From: Pirellulales bacterium
GTDB taxonomy: Bacteria > Planctomycetota > Planctomycetia > Pirellulales > JAICIG01
Length of the DNA stretch: 64,000 nucleotides
Assembly: GCA_040901675.1 (NCBI GenBank)
Contig: JBBDYJ010000025.1
Coordinates: 127,943-191,942, forward strand
Direction of reading: 5' to 3'
The translations under genes and the position numbers were made by a program. The notes beneath the pieces were generated by a model, which saw only the letters and a list, made by a program, of their open reading frames with translations, searched no databases and was not told where the DNA came from. Position 1 is the first letter of the stretch. Each line of letters opens with the position of its first letter. This document shows, piece after piece, positions 19,568-28,396 of the stretch.

Positions 19568-19848
19568 CGGCGCAGCTTGTTCCACAGCCAAATTGTCGGG
19601 GACAAGACTGCCACAGCGAAGGCGAGTCCTGATAGGCCCCCGAATAGCCAGATTTCCGTCACAGTGCGCCTGTAGCTCCCTCCCACCGGGAGGGCCACTG
19701 CCGCTAAGAGGAAATAAGTTAGGGAAATAGCGGCGACCGCGCCGAACCGCCATCGGCGAGCGCGGGCTTTGCGCAACCCGCCCCTTGTCTTCGGCGCCCT
19801 GTACGGGTTCTCGGACTGGCAGTCGTCTGGCGGGTGTGTCGAGGGCAT
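19564..19848 (-). CDS. Small membrane protein with an 'ENPYRAP' motif
   Basis: NPY.AP motif typical of planctomycete small proteins, followed by two hydrophobic segments. Confidence 0.55.
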   Translation of the reverse strand: MPSTHPPDDCQSENPYRAPKTRGGLRKARARRWRFGAVAAISLTYFLLAAVALPVGGSYRRTVTEIWLFGGLSGLAFAVAVLSPTIWLWNKLRR

Positions 19849-19855
19849 GGGCTGT

Positions 19856-20032
19856 TTAGTATCCGGCCCGTTTGACGGAATCCACCGCACGTTGGAATCG
19901 CAGTTGGATTTCTTGCTCTTGTTGGTAGTCGCGGTAACGCCTGACCGCAGACGGCGCCGCCACGCACGCCACGGCCACCAGGGCAACCAGCCAGAAGATG
20001 GTGCGGAGGCGGAATTGGAAGGGGCGGGCCAT
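19856..20032 (-). CDS. Small protein with a planctomycete-type 'FQFRLRTIF' membrane anchor
   Basis: 'MARPFQFRLRTIFWLVALVAVAC'. Confidence 0.55.
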   Translation of the reverse strand: MARPFQFRLRTIFWLVALVAVACVAAPSAVRRYRDYQQEQEIQLRFQRAVDSVKRAGY

Positions 20033-20342
20033 TGGGTTCAGCTTAGCGGGCAGAGGCACGCACAGCGAGCTTTAGGAAACCGCGTTGCAGGTCATTCCCG
20101 CAAGCCCGACAACGACAGGTTCTTACATGAAGTCAACTCGAAATTCGCCGCAAAGCATTGATTCACGGAGAACATGACGCCGGAGCGGCGCGCCCACTTG
20201 AAGCGCACCATCCCGGCCAAAAAGCGACAGGAACTAATCAAGGACATCAGGCTCGCCCCCGCCTGGATGCACCCGATCTTTCGGGAACTCGCCGAGGAGG
20301 ATGCATGAAGCTCAGCTTCCTCGAATTGCCTCCCGACGAGAT

Positions 20343-21338
20343 CTACTCGACGATGCTTTCCGAGTCGGGATCAAACAGCGGCCGATCGTCGGTCCTTGCT
20401 CGGGCAGCGGTGGCTGTCCGCTGGCCGAAGTCGCGGCCGAGCGATCGCGCCTCTTCGGCCGTGAGCCGGCCGTAGCCGGGGCCGTACACGCCGTCGGGTG
20501 GGAGCACCGCTTCCTCGCCGCGGGCCTGGGCCGCGGTGAGCCGGCCATATCCGGGCAGGAACTGTCCGTCCGCCGATTCCATGGCCTCCGCTCGCTCTTC
20601 ATCCCGGGGCAATCGCCGACGCGCAGCGAACCGCCCGTAACCGGGACCGAACTCCGACTCCATTTCCGATGAAGTTCCGTCCTCGAACTCCGCTTCCTGC
20701 CTTGCTCGGGCGGCAGCGGCTGTCCGCTGGCCGAAGTCGCGGCCCAGCGAGCGGGCTTCTTCGGCGGTCAGCAGGCCGTAGCCGGGGCCGTACACGCCGT
20801 CGGGCGGAAGCACCACTTCCTCGCCGCGGGCTTGGGCCGCGGTGAGCTGGCCATAGCCCGGTGTGAATTGCCCGCCCGTATGCACCTCTGCCTCCAGACG
20901 GTCGGCACGGTCGAGCAATTGAGAGTTGCCGGTCACCAAAGCTTCGTCGCGCATCCGATCAATCTGGGCCAGCCGGTGCCGAACGTCCGCGCGGAGCGGA
21001 TCGGGACGCAGCAACTGCCTGTCCAGCGGATGACGCTGGGCCGCCGGCCGGCCGCGTTCGGACCGCTCGCGTGGACTGCCGTCTCGCCGGACGGCCTGCT
21101 CCGGCCGCCGCCAGGCACGCGACCGGGCCGCGTCGCGGGCGACAAGGCCCTGTGCCCGGGCGGCCTCAACCGCGCGTCCGCCACCAAGCTGTGCTCCGGG
21201 GCGAACCGATGGAGCAGCGTGCAGCGACGCGGCCGCCGAGGCGCCAGTCACTCCCCGCGGCGGACCTGGCCGGTTCGTCGGGGGTGCCGCCATGGTCGTG
21301 GAGGTCATGGCTACCAGCAGAATCATGGCTCGGCGCAT
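20343..21338 (-). CDS. Hypothetical exported protein with a duplicated ~58-aa repeat
   Basis: Signal-like 'MRRAMILLVAMTSTTMA'; two copies of 'GQF.PGYG.LTAAQARGEE.VLPPDGVYGPGYG.LTAEEARSLGRDFGQRTA.AARAR'. Confidence 0.65.
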   Translation of the reverse strand: MRRAMILLVAMTSTTMAAPPTNRPGPPRGVTGASAAASLHAAPSVRPGAQLGGGRAVEAARAQGLVARDAARSRAWRRPEQAVRRDGSPRERSERGRPAAQRHPLDRQLLRPDPLRADVRHRLAQIDRMRDEALVTGNSQLLDRADRLEAEVHTGGQFTPGYGQLTAAQARGEEVVLPPDGVYGPGYGLLTAEEARSLGRDFGQRTAAAARARQEAEFEDGTSSEMESEFGPGYGRFAARRRLPRDEERAEAMESADGQFLPGYGRLTAAQARGEEAVLPPDGVYGPGYGRLTAEEARSLGRDFGQRTATAARARTDDRPLFDPDSESIVE

Positions 21339-21492
21339 CGGCCTGGCTCCTGAAGAAGAGATGAGATGGGGGGGCGAGAGGATGCCGGAAGCGTTCCGCC
21401 TTGTCAAGATCGGCCGAACAGCAGCAGCCACGTTAGTGAATCCCAGGCCGGCGTCCCGACTGCGGTTGACCGGCCGGCATCGCCGCTGGTAC

Positions 21493-22893
21493 ATGCACGC
21501 CATGGCAGCGCCCTGTTCCCTCCATATCGGTCGTCCGTCGCCTGCCGGACCGCCGCTGGGCCCGGCAAAGTGGCGTCTGTCGGCCCTGGGCATGCTGCTG
21601 ATGCTAGCGGGCTTCGCCCCAACCGCGTCGTCGCAAACTCTCGAGATCGAGCAGACTATCCAGGCCAGGCTTGAGAGCCGGCCGGACGATCCGGCCGCCT
21701 GGCGGCTATGGGGACGGGTGCTGGAGCGCCGGGGCGATGCCGATGCGGCCCTGGCGGCGTTCGAGCGTGCCTTGGAGCTGGAGCCGGAAAACACCGCTGC
21801 CGCCGCGGATCTGGCTCGCGTGCTGGCGGCAGGGGGCCAGACCGATCGGGCGGCCCGCTATTGGCGGCAGGCAATCTTGCTCGCGCCCGAGAGCGCGTAT
21901 GCCGCCGAAGCGAGGGCCCGCTTGGACGAGCTCGGGCTCGATAGCGGCGAGGTGATCCAGGCCAGCTTTGAACCCGACTGGCGAGATAACCCCACCAGCG
22001 AGTTCGCCTGGCGCGACAGGCGGCCAGGCGAGCGGTTCTGGGCGCGGCTCGAAACCGGCGCCATGTATAACAGCAACGTGGCCCTGGCGCCGATCAGCCG
22101 CGAGCTCAGTGCCGACGAACGGGCGGGATTCCAGATCTTCGCGGCCCCGGAAGCCGAGCTGGCGCTGCCGCTCGAAAGCGCCTGGAATGCTGCCGCGCTG
22201 TTCGACGGATACTTCAATCTGAACGAAGGCCCGTTCGACGACTTCAACATCCAGCACGTTCGGCCCGGATTTCTGGTTGAACGGCCCAGCGGCTGGCTCG
22301 ACCTGCTGCTGGTGCCCCGCCTGCAATACAACTTCGCCTACGATGCCTTCGCTGGCCGGACCTTGGGAACTCGCCACGCCTTGACCGCGTCGCTGGCCGC
22401 TCATACCGAAGCGGGCCACGTCTGGTTTAGCTATTGGACGATCGACTACAGCGGTTTCCGCGACGATGGCGAGGTGCCGGCGATCACGTCGCTCGACGGC
22501 TGGACGAACACACTCGGCCTGGGGCATGAGCGGCTGATGGGCACGCGCTGGCTGTCGCGAATTCGCGGCGGCCTCGACGTGCAATTGGCCGACCTGGAGG
22601 GTAGCTCGTTCGCCTACGACGGCGTATTCCTCTATGGCGAGACGCGATCGCCGTTCGTTTTCGGCACCGAGCTGGACCTGCAGCTCGGCTGGGGGTACCG
22701 CGACTACCCGCGCTTCGAGTTCGAGCCTGGGCGGAACGAAAACCTGTGGAGCGCCGGCGTCGAGCTGCGCAAGTGGCTCTCGCCGTCGTGCGCAATCAGC
22801 GGGGACTTCCACTACGACCGCTTCGCATCCGCCAACGACCTGTTCGACGCCTCGCGTTACACGGCGGGCGTCTTCATGGCCTACCAACGGTGA
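21493..22893 (+). CDS. TPR domain plus C-terminal outer-membrane beta-barrel protein
   Basis: TPRs ('AWRLWGRVL...ALAAFERALELEP'), then 'YNSNV' and alternating aromatic strands ending 'GVFMAYQR'; start uncertain (21493/21502/21592). Confidence 0.7.
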   Translation: MHAMAAPCSLHIGRPSPAGPPLGPAKWRLSALGMLLMLAGFAPTASSQTLEIEQTIQARLESRPDDPAAWRLWGRVLERRGDADAALAAFERALELEPENTAAAADLARVLAAGGQTDRAARYWRQAILLAPESAYAAEARARLDELGLDSGEVIQASFEPDWRDNPTSEFAWRDRRPGERFWARLETGAMYNSNVALAPISRELSADERAGFQIFAAPEAELALPLESAWNAAALFDGYFNLNEGPFDDFNIQHVRPGFLVERPSGWLDLLLVPRLQYNFAYDAFAGRTLGTRHALTASLAAHTEAGHVWFSYWTIDYSGFRDDGEVPAITSLDGWTNTLGLGHERLMGTRWLSRIRGGLDVQLADLEGSSFAYDGVFLYGETRSPFVFGTELDLQLGWGYRDYPRFEFEPGRNENLWSAGVELRKWLSPSCAISGDFHYDRFASANDLFDASRYTAGVFMAYQR

Positions 22894-22895
22894 CT

Positions 22896-24443
22896 TCAGC
22901 TCACGCCGAGCAACCGGCAAGCCTCGGCGTAGCCGGGGGCCGGGCGGCCGAACTCGCTGGCGGTCACGCGGGCCAGCGCGGCCAACTGCCGCCAACGCAT
23001 CGACTGGCGGGTGCGGCCGAACTCCTCGCTCACGGTGCGGTAGTACTTCTCCGCGTGCAGCGCGCCGTCTTCGCTGGTCGCGTACCGCAGCAGCAGGTTG
23101 AAGACCGGCGCCGGCTCGCCGCCCAGCTCGCCATAGCGGTGTACGATCGCCGTGGCCGCGAACTGGTTCTGATCGCGGATGGCCGCTTCGGCTTCCGCCA
23201 GCAAGGCCGCCGGGTCGCTGCCGCCGACCTCGGCCAGGTGCTCGGCCGCCGGGTACGGCTCGCTGTTGAGGTTGCCGCTCTGGCCGGCCGTGTGGTAGGC
23301 AGCCACGATCAGGCTGGCCAGCGTGTTGCGGTGGTTGCTCACCTGGGCGATGTTTCGCCAGGCATTGGCCGCATCCGAGGCATGCACGCCGACCGAGTCG
23401 CCGTGGACGCTGCCCAGCGGCTTGCCCTCCTGGGCATTGCGGCGCCCGGGGTCGTGCAGCACCAGCCGATTGGCGGCCACCGAGATCGCTTCGCCCACCG
23501 ACTGGGGCGACATGCCGTCGGCCAGCGCGGCCGCCACCGCGTCGGCGGCATGCTCGCGATCGGTGCCGAAGACGATGCGGCTCATCTCTTCGATCCAGGC
23601 ATCGTCGGCCTGCCGGTCGCCCAGCGGACGCTCGAGCAGCCGGTACTGGTCCAGCAGCTTGGGCAGCGTCTGGCGGACCGAAGGAAGGCCGCGGCCGTTC
23701 TTGACGTACCCATTCTCGCTTTGCACGCAGTAGCGGACCGACTGCCGCAACAGCGTGTGGGCGTGCTCCAGGCCGGTCACCTCCAGCAGAGCGAAGGCCC
23801 GGTAGGCCAGCACCACGCGGTGCACGTCGGTGTCGTCCTGGACGATCCACTGCAGCTCGTTGAAGGCGTCGTCAGGGCCGCCGCGTGCGATGGCCGCGAA
23901 CGTCTTCTCGGCGGTTTCCATTTCCAGGCCGCGGACGGCCTGCTGCAACTGCTCGCCTCCGGGACGCGACGAGGGCAGCTCGCCGGCGTGGATGGGGTGC
24001 AGTTGCTCCTGGCTGCCGCCGCCGTTGGTCTGGATGTGGTTGGTGTTGCGGTACAGCACCTTGAACACCGGCAAGGCCCGCCGGTCGTCGGGCAGCTCGC
24101 GCGACATGTCCAGGGCCGGCGGCAGCGCCATCAGCGTGTGGAAGCCGATGTAATCCTGCCCGCCGAAGGTGCGGGCGTTGGCCAGGGCGCCTGCGGCCAC
24201 CAGTTCCTTGAGAGTGGTTCCGGACTTCACCTTCTCTACCAGGGCGGGGAGCAGGCGGTCGATGCTCGTCTGCTGCATCAGCGAGACCAGGGGCTCGATC
24301 GACCCGAACGTCAGCCGTTCGTCCACTTCGCCGGCCATGGCCGACGCCAGACCCATATCGCGGGCCAGGGCCGGCCCCACGCTGACGACCAACATGCCTT
24401 TGCCCACGTCCGCAAGAAAACCGCGACGGCTGCGAGGACTCAT
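22896..24443 (-). CDS. Tat-signal hypothetical protein, alpha-helical with His motifs
   Basis: 'SRRGFL' twin-arginine motif; GFHTL, DVHRV, GVHAS, ALHAEKY. Confidence 0.75.
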   Translation of the reverse strand: MSPRSRRGFLADVGKGMLVVSVGPALARDMGLASAMAGEVDERLTFGSIEPLVSLMQQTSIDRLLPALVEKVKSGTTLKELVAAGALANARTFGGQDYIGFHTLMALPPALDMSRELPDDRRALPVFKVLYRNTNHIQTNGGGSQEQLHPIHAGELPSSRPGGEQLQQAVRGLEMETAEKTFAAIARGGPDDAFNELQWIVQDDTDVHRVVLAYRAFALLEVTGLEHAHTLLRQSVRYCVQSENGYVKNGRGLPSVRQTLPKLLDQYRLLERPLGDRQADDAWIEEMSRIVFGTDREHAADAVAAALADGMSPQSVGEAISVAANRLVLHDPGRRNAQEGKPLGSVHGDSVGVHASDAANAWRNIAQVSNHRNTLASLIVAAYHTAGQSGNLNSEPYPAAEHLAEVGGSDPAALLAEAEAAIRDQNQFAATAIVHRYGELGGEPAPVFNLLLRYATSEDGALHAEKYYRTVSEEFGRTRQSMRWRQLAALARVTASEFGRPAPGYAEACRLLGVS

Positions 24444-24553
24444 GGTCGATCTCCCGGAAAAGGGGTGTTAGCTGGTTGCTGGTTTTTGTGCCTCAAAAGC
24501 CTGCCCGTGATTATAACGCACGGGCGTTACAGGTGGCCAGGGTACCCCCCCCT

Positions 24554-26458
24554 TCATCCTTCATCCTTTATCCTTCTGCCTTCTGCCTTGATCCTGCCGA
24601 CCACGAGCACCATCACCGACAGGCCGAGCAACGAGGCGCCCACCATTCCCATCAGCACGAATGTGCCCCGCAGGCCCTGGCGGGCACGCCGGATGTCGCG
24701 GTCCAGCGGCCGGATGATCTCCAGCACGCCCGGCACGTCGCCCACTTTCCAGTCCGTCTTGGTGCTGTCGGGATGGCCGTTGTGACAGCGGACGCAGCTC
24801 TCCTCCATGCGCCGGGCCGTGGCATACCGCAACGATTCACGGCCCAAGTGGTCCTCGAAGCTCCAGAAGGGCCGCTCCGGGTTGTCGCTCAACTGCGCCA
24901 ACGCCTCGCGCTGGAAGTTGTCCTTCGGCCCGCCGTCACGCCGCGACTTGAAGGGGTAGTTGCTGAACAGCCGCACCTGCATCCCCGAAGCGCTCCTTTC
25001 GCTGATGTGGCGTCCCAGGTCGATGGTCAGCGTGGCCGGCAGCGGGATGGCGCCTTGCTTGTGGGCATAGTCGTGCGTGACCTCGATCTTGAGCGGGGAG
25101 AGCCGCTCCACGATCTTGGAGTAGTCCTCGTTGACGATCCAGAGCATCTCCGATTCCTGGGCGGCGCTGTCCAGGGCCGCCGACTGCACCAGTTGCCCGG
25201 AAAGCCGCGACAGGTGCCAGAGCCCCACGGCCGAGCCGAGCGTTACGGCCAACAGCAGGCTGCACGGCACCGGGTTGCGGCGGCACCAGTGCCAGATGCG
25301 CTCCAGCGGGCCGGCCGGCCTGGCCTTGATCGGCTCGCCCGCCAGCCAGCGGCGCAGGTCGTCGGCCAGCTCGCGGCCGCTTGTATAGCGGCGGGCGGAG
25401 GCCTTGGCCATCGCTTTCAGGCAGATGGTCTCCAGGTCGCGTGGAATCTTGTCGTTCAGCCGTCGCGGCGAACGCGGTTCGTCCTCCAGCACCTGCAGGA
25501 TCAGCATCCGCCGGTTGCCGCGGAACGGCCTCTCGCCCGTCAGCATCTCGTACAGGATCACCCCCAGGCTGTACAAGTCGCTGCGGGCGTCGACCTGGTG
25601 CGAATCGCCCCGCGCCTGCTCGGGCGACATGTAAGCCGGAGTGCCCAGCACCTGCCCCTCGGGAGTTACCGGGATCTCCTCGGCCTCGCGCTTGGCCAGG
25701 CCAAAGTCGGTGAGGTGCGGGCGGCCTTCCGGATCGAGCACGATGTTCGAAGGCTTCAAGTCGCGATGGATGACTCCCTGGCGGTGAGCATAATCGAGCG
25801 CCGCGGCCACCTCGGCCAAGAGCGCTGCCGCGTGCCGCGGCGCGAGCGGGCCCTTGCTCAGCCGGGCCGCCAGCGTCGACCCTTGCACCAACTCCTCGAC
25901 CAGGTACCAGGTGCCGTCGTCGGCCTGGCCAGTGTCGTACAGCGAGACGATGCCTGGGTGCTTGAGCTGCGCGGCGCTGCGGGCCTCGCGCAGAAAACGG
26001 TCGACGTCGTCCTGGCTCGCCAGCCGGCCGGCCCGCAGTATCTTGATCGCCACGGGGCGGCCCAGCTCGGTGTCCCGGGCGCGGAACACGTAGCCGAACG
26101 AGCCGATCCCCAGCTCTTCGAGCAGCTCGAACTTGCCCACCCGCCGGGGCAAGCCGGCCTTGGTCCAGCCGTTGCCCTGCCCCGGATTGCCTTGCCCCGG
26201 ATTGCCTTGCCCCGGACGCACCCCGCGGGCCGCCTCGATCAGCCCCGCGGGCACCGCCTCGGTGGCTGGGGTTGCGCCTGACGATTGCCGCAACTGGCAG
26301 ACGAGCGGATCGTCAGCATCGTTCAGGTCGTTGAGCCGGGCGTCGCAGGCCTCGCAGTGCTCGACGTGTTCGGCAATCCGCGCCAGGGCCGGAGAACTCA
26401 AGTTGCCGACGGCAAACTCGAACAGCTCCGCGCGATCTGGACAGCCAGCGTGTTCCAT
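24554..26458 (-). CDS. Membrane Ser/Thr protein kinase with an N-terminal zinc-finger-like segment and a C-terminal DUF3365-like haem c sensor domain
   Basis: 'HVEHCEAC'; kinase motifs GIGSFG, VAIK, HRDLKPSN, DFG, GTPAYMSPEQ; TM segment; 'CVRCH...WKVGDV.G'; final TM. Confidence 0.9.
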   Translation of the reverse strand: MEHAGCPDRAELFEFAVGNLSSPALARIAEHVEHCEACDARLNDLNDADDPLVCQLRQSSGATPATEAVPAGLIEAARGVRPGQGNPGQGNPGQGNGWTKAGLPRRVGKFELLEELGIGSFGYVFRARDTELGRPVAIKILRAGRLASQDDVDRFLREARSAAQLKHPGIVSLYDTGQADDGTWYLVEELVQGSTLAARLSKGPLAPRHAAALLAEVAAALDYAHRQGVIHRDLKPSNIVLDPEGRPHLTDFGLAKREAEEIPVTPEGQVLGTPAYMSPEQARGDSHQVDARSDLYSLGVILYEMLTGERPFRGNRRMLILQVLEDEPRSPRRLNDKIPRDLETICLKAMAKASARRYTSGRELADDLRRWLAGEPIKARPAGPLERIWHWCRRNPVPCSLLLAVTLGSAVGLWHLSRLSGQLVQSAALDSAAQESEMLWIVNEDYSKIVERLSPLKIEVTHDYAHKQGAIPLPATLTIDLGRHISERSASGMQVRLFSNYPFKSRRDGGPKDNFQREALAQLSDNPERPFWSFEDHLGRESLRYATARRMEESCVRCHNGHPDSTKTDWKVGDVPGVLEIIRPLDRDIRRARQGLRGTFVLMGMVGASLLGLSVMVLVVGRIKAEGRRIKDEG

Positions 26459-26660
26459 TTCCTTATCTTGACCGAATGCAGTTGCGAATGCACGTACCCC
26501 TATCCATGAACGCCGCGGCGTTACACGGGCCGGGGAGGCTGCTCACTTGAACATCCGCCAAGGATTGACCCGCCGTGCTGGACTTTGACCGCCGCCTGGG
26601 TCAAATTGAGAAGCGAAACAGCGGTGCTTGTGGTGCACGCATCGTGGAGGTCCTTGGCGG

Positions 26661-27305
26661 ATGGGCGACTGGCGCGACATGTGCGGCCCCGGATCGGAAC
26701 TGTCCGCTTCCACCGAAACTTCGCGAGGCCTGATCGAGCGGGTCCAGGCGGCCGATCCCGTGGCGTGGGACCGGCTGGTCCACTTGTACGGCCCGCTGGT
26801 CTTGGGCTGGTGCCGCTACTTCGGCCTCAAGGACGACGACGTGGCCGACGTGTTTCAGGAGGTGTTTGCCTCGGTGGCGGCCAACATCGGCCGCTTTCAC
26901 AAGGACCGGCCCGGCGACACCTTTCGCGGCTGGCTGCGGACGATCACGCGCAACAAGGTACACGATCATTTCCGCCGCCTGGGGCGCGAGCCGGGCGGCG
27001 AGGGGGGCACGGAGGCGCAAGTGCGGATGTCGCAGGTTGCGGCGTCGCAGGTCGAGTCGCAATCCGAGAGCGCGCCGGCGCGTGCCGAGCAGGTGGCGCA
27101 CTCCGACCTGTTTCAGCGGGGGCTGGAAATGATCCGCGGCGAGTTCGAGGAACGCACCTGGCACGCCTTCTGGCGGACGGCCGTCGATGGCCGCGCCCCC
27201 AAGGACGTGGGCGCCGAGTTATCGATGAGCCCCGGCGCCGTGCGAGTGGCCAAGTCGCGCGTGTTGCAGCGTCTCCGCGCCGAGCTCGGCGACCTGCGCG
27301 AATGA
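26661..27305 (+). CDS. ECF sigma-70 factor
   Basis: 'AWDRLVHLYGP', 'DVFQEVF', 'FRGWLRTITRN', 'VRVAKSRVL'; GGAGG upstream. Confidence 0.9.
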   Translation: MGDWRDMCGPGSELSASTETSRGLIERVQAADPVAWDRLVHLYGPLVLGWCRYFGLKDDDVADVFQEVFASVAANIGRFHKDRPGDTFRGWLRTITRNKVHDHFRRLGREPGGEGGTEAQVRMSQVAASQVESQSESAPARAEQVAHSDLFQRGLEMIRGEFEERTWHAFWRTAVDGRAPKDVGAELSMSPGAVRVAKSRVLQRLRAELGDLRE

Positions 27306-27308
27306 CGC

Positions 27309-27375
27309 CGTAGCGGAATTCACCAGAATTCCGGCCGCGCCGATTCGCAACAACGATATTCAACAAGCCTCGAAC
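27309..27375 (+). repeat. 67-bp direct repeat, copy 1 (starts with a GTAG REP)
   Basis: 60/67 identical to 28248-28314 by manual alignment. Confidence 0.9.
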
Positions 27376-27389
27376 TCTGCGATTTCCGG

Positions 27390-28151
27390 CTACGCGGAGC
27401 CCTCGCGCTGCCGCCGGAGCGCCTCGATTTCGCGGCGCAGTTCAGCGTTCTCAGCTTCAGTCTTCTGGCGCTCGGCTTCAGCGGTCTCTGCTCTCTCCTC
27501 AGCGGTCTCTGCTCTCTCCTCAGCGGTCTCTGCTCTCTCCTCAGCCGTTTCTGCTCTCTCCTGGCGATTCAACAGCCGCTTGCCGCTGGCCGGATCCCAG
27601 AGCCGCAAGTCGGTCCCGTCCGCCTCGAAGTGCAGCGACGTGACTTCGCTGGGCAAGCGGCCGTCTACAGGCTCAATCGCAACGTACTGGGTTTCCTTCA
27701 GCCGGTAACCCTGCAGCCGCGGCGTGAGATACTCCCCCTCGGGGTCAAACAAGAAGTATTCAGAGACCTTGAGCACGTCGCGGTATAACCGCATCTTTTT
27801 CTGGAGGTCTTCCTTGCGAGTCGATTGGCTCGTAATCTCCACGACCAGATCGGGCGCCTTGCCCTCTTCCCAGGTCAGGTAGTACTTGCGGTACTTGTCC
27901 TTCGGCACGCCGCGGACGACAAACACGTCCGGGGACAAGTGCTTCCACTTGTCGCCCGGCACGTAGTACATCATCATGTTGCCCCACACATAGGTCATCG
28001 GGTCGTGCGCGAACCAGTCGACGAGCATGTGCTGAGTGTTAACAATAACGCTGGCGTGAAGCGGGGTTTCTCCCAAGGGGCGTCCATCTCGAGTGGGGTA
28101 ATCGACCGGGGACCCAGCGGCAGCCGCCGAAGCGGGAGATGTGCTGGCCAT
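27390..28151 (-). CDS. Uma2 (DUF820) PD-(D/E)xK family endonuclease with an (AETAEER)n tail
   Basis: 'SPDVFVV', 'PDLVVEITS', 'EYFLFDP'; 21-bp tandem repeat at ~27475-27562. Confidence 0.9.
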   Translation of the reverse strand: MASTSPASAAAAGSPVDYPTRDGRPLGETPLHASVIVNTQHMLVDWFAHDPMTYVWGNMMMYYVPGDKWKHLSPDVFVVRGVPKDKYRKYYLTWEEGKAPDLVVEITSQSTRKEDLQKKMRLYRDVLKVSEYFLFDPEGEYLTPRLQGYRLKETQYVAIEPVDGRLPSEVTSLHFEADGTDLRLWDPASGKRLLNRQERAETAEERAETAEERAETAEERAETAEAERQKTEAENAELRREIEALRRQREGSA

Positions 28152-28247
28152 TACGAGGACGCTCCAGGGTTTGGCGCGGGTGAATGCAATAATAAAGTCT
28201 ATGCCGACCGCGCCGCCCTGTCCACTTCGCTGGGCCGGGAACTCGCG

Positions 28248-28314
28248 CGTAGCGGAATTCGCCAGAATTCCGGCCGCGCTGATTTGCAACAATGATACTC
28301 AACAAACCCCGAAC
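28248..28314 (+). repeat. 67-bp direct repeat, copy 2
   Basis: Matches 27309-27375; followed by an inverted GTAGCC...GGCTAC REP pair at ~28316-28370. Confidence 0.9.
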
Positions 28315-28396
28315 GGTAGCCGTCACGCTGGAGCGTGATCAGCTACCTCACGCGGAGCATGAGGGCTACTATAAGGCGCTTTACGGCCGGGGCCCC

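Noticed and set aside
22746..26281. Long alternative-frame ORFs (22746-24785 +, 24476-26281 +, also 4543-6168 -, 47423-49513 +, 61892-63565 -)
   Set aside because: Antisense shadows of well-supported genes in high-GC DNA; no motifs
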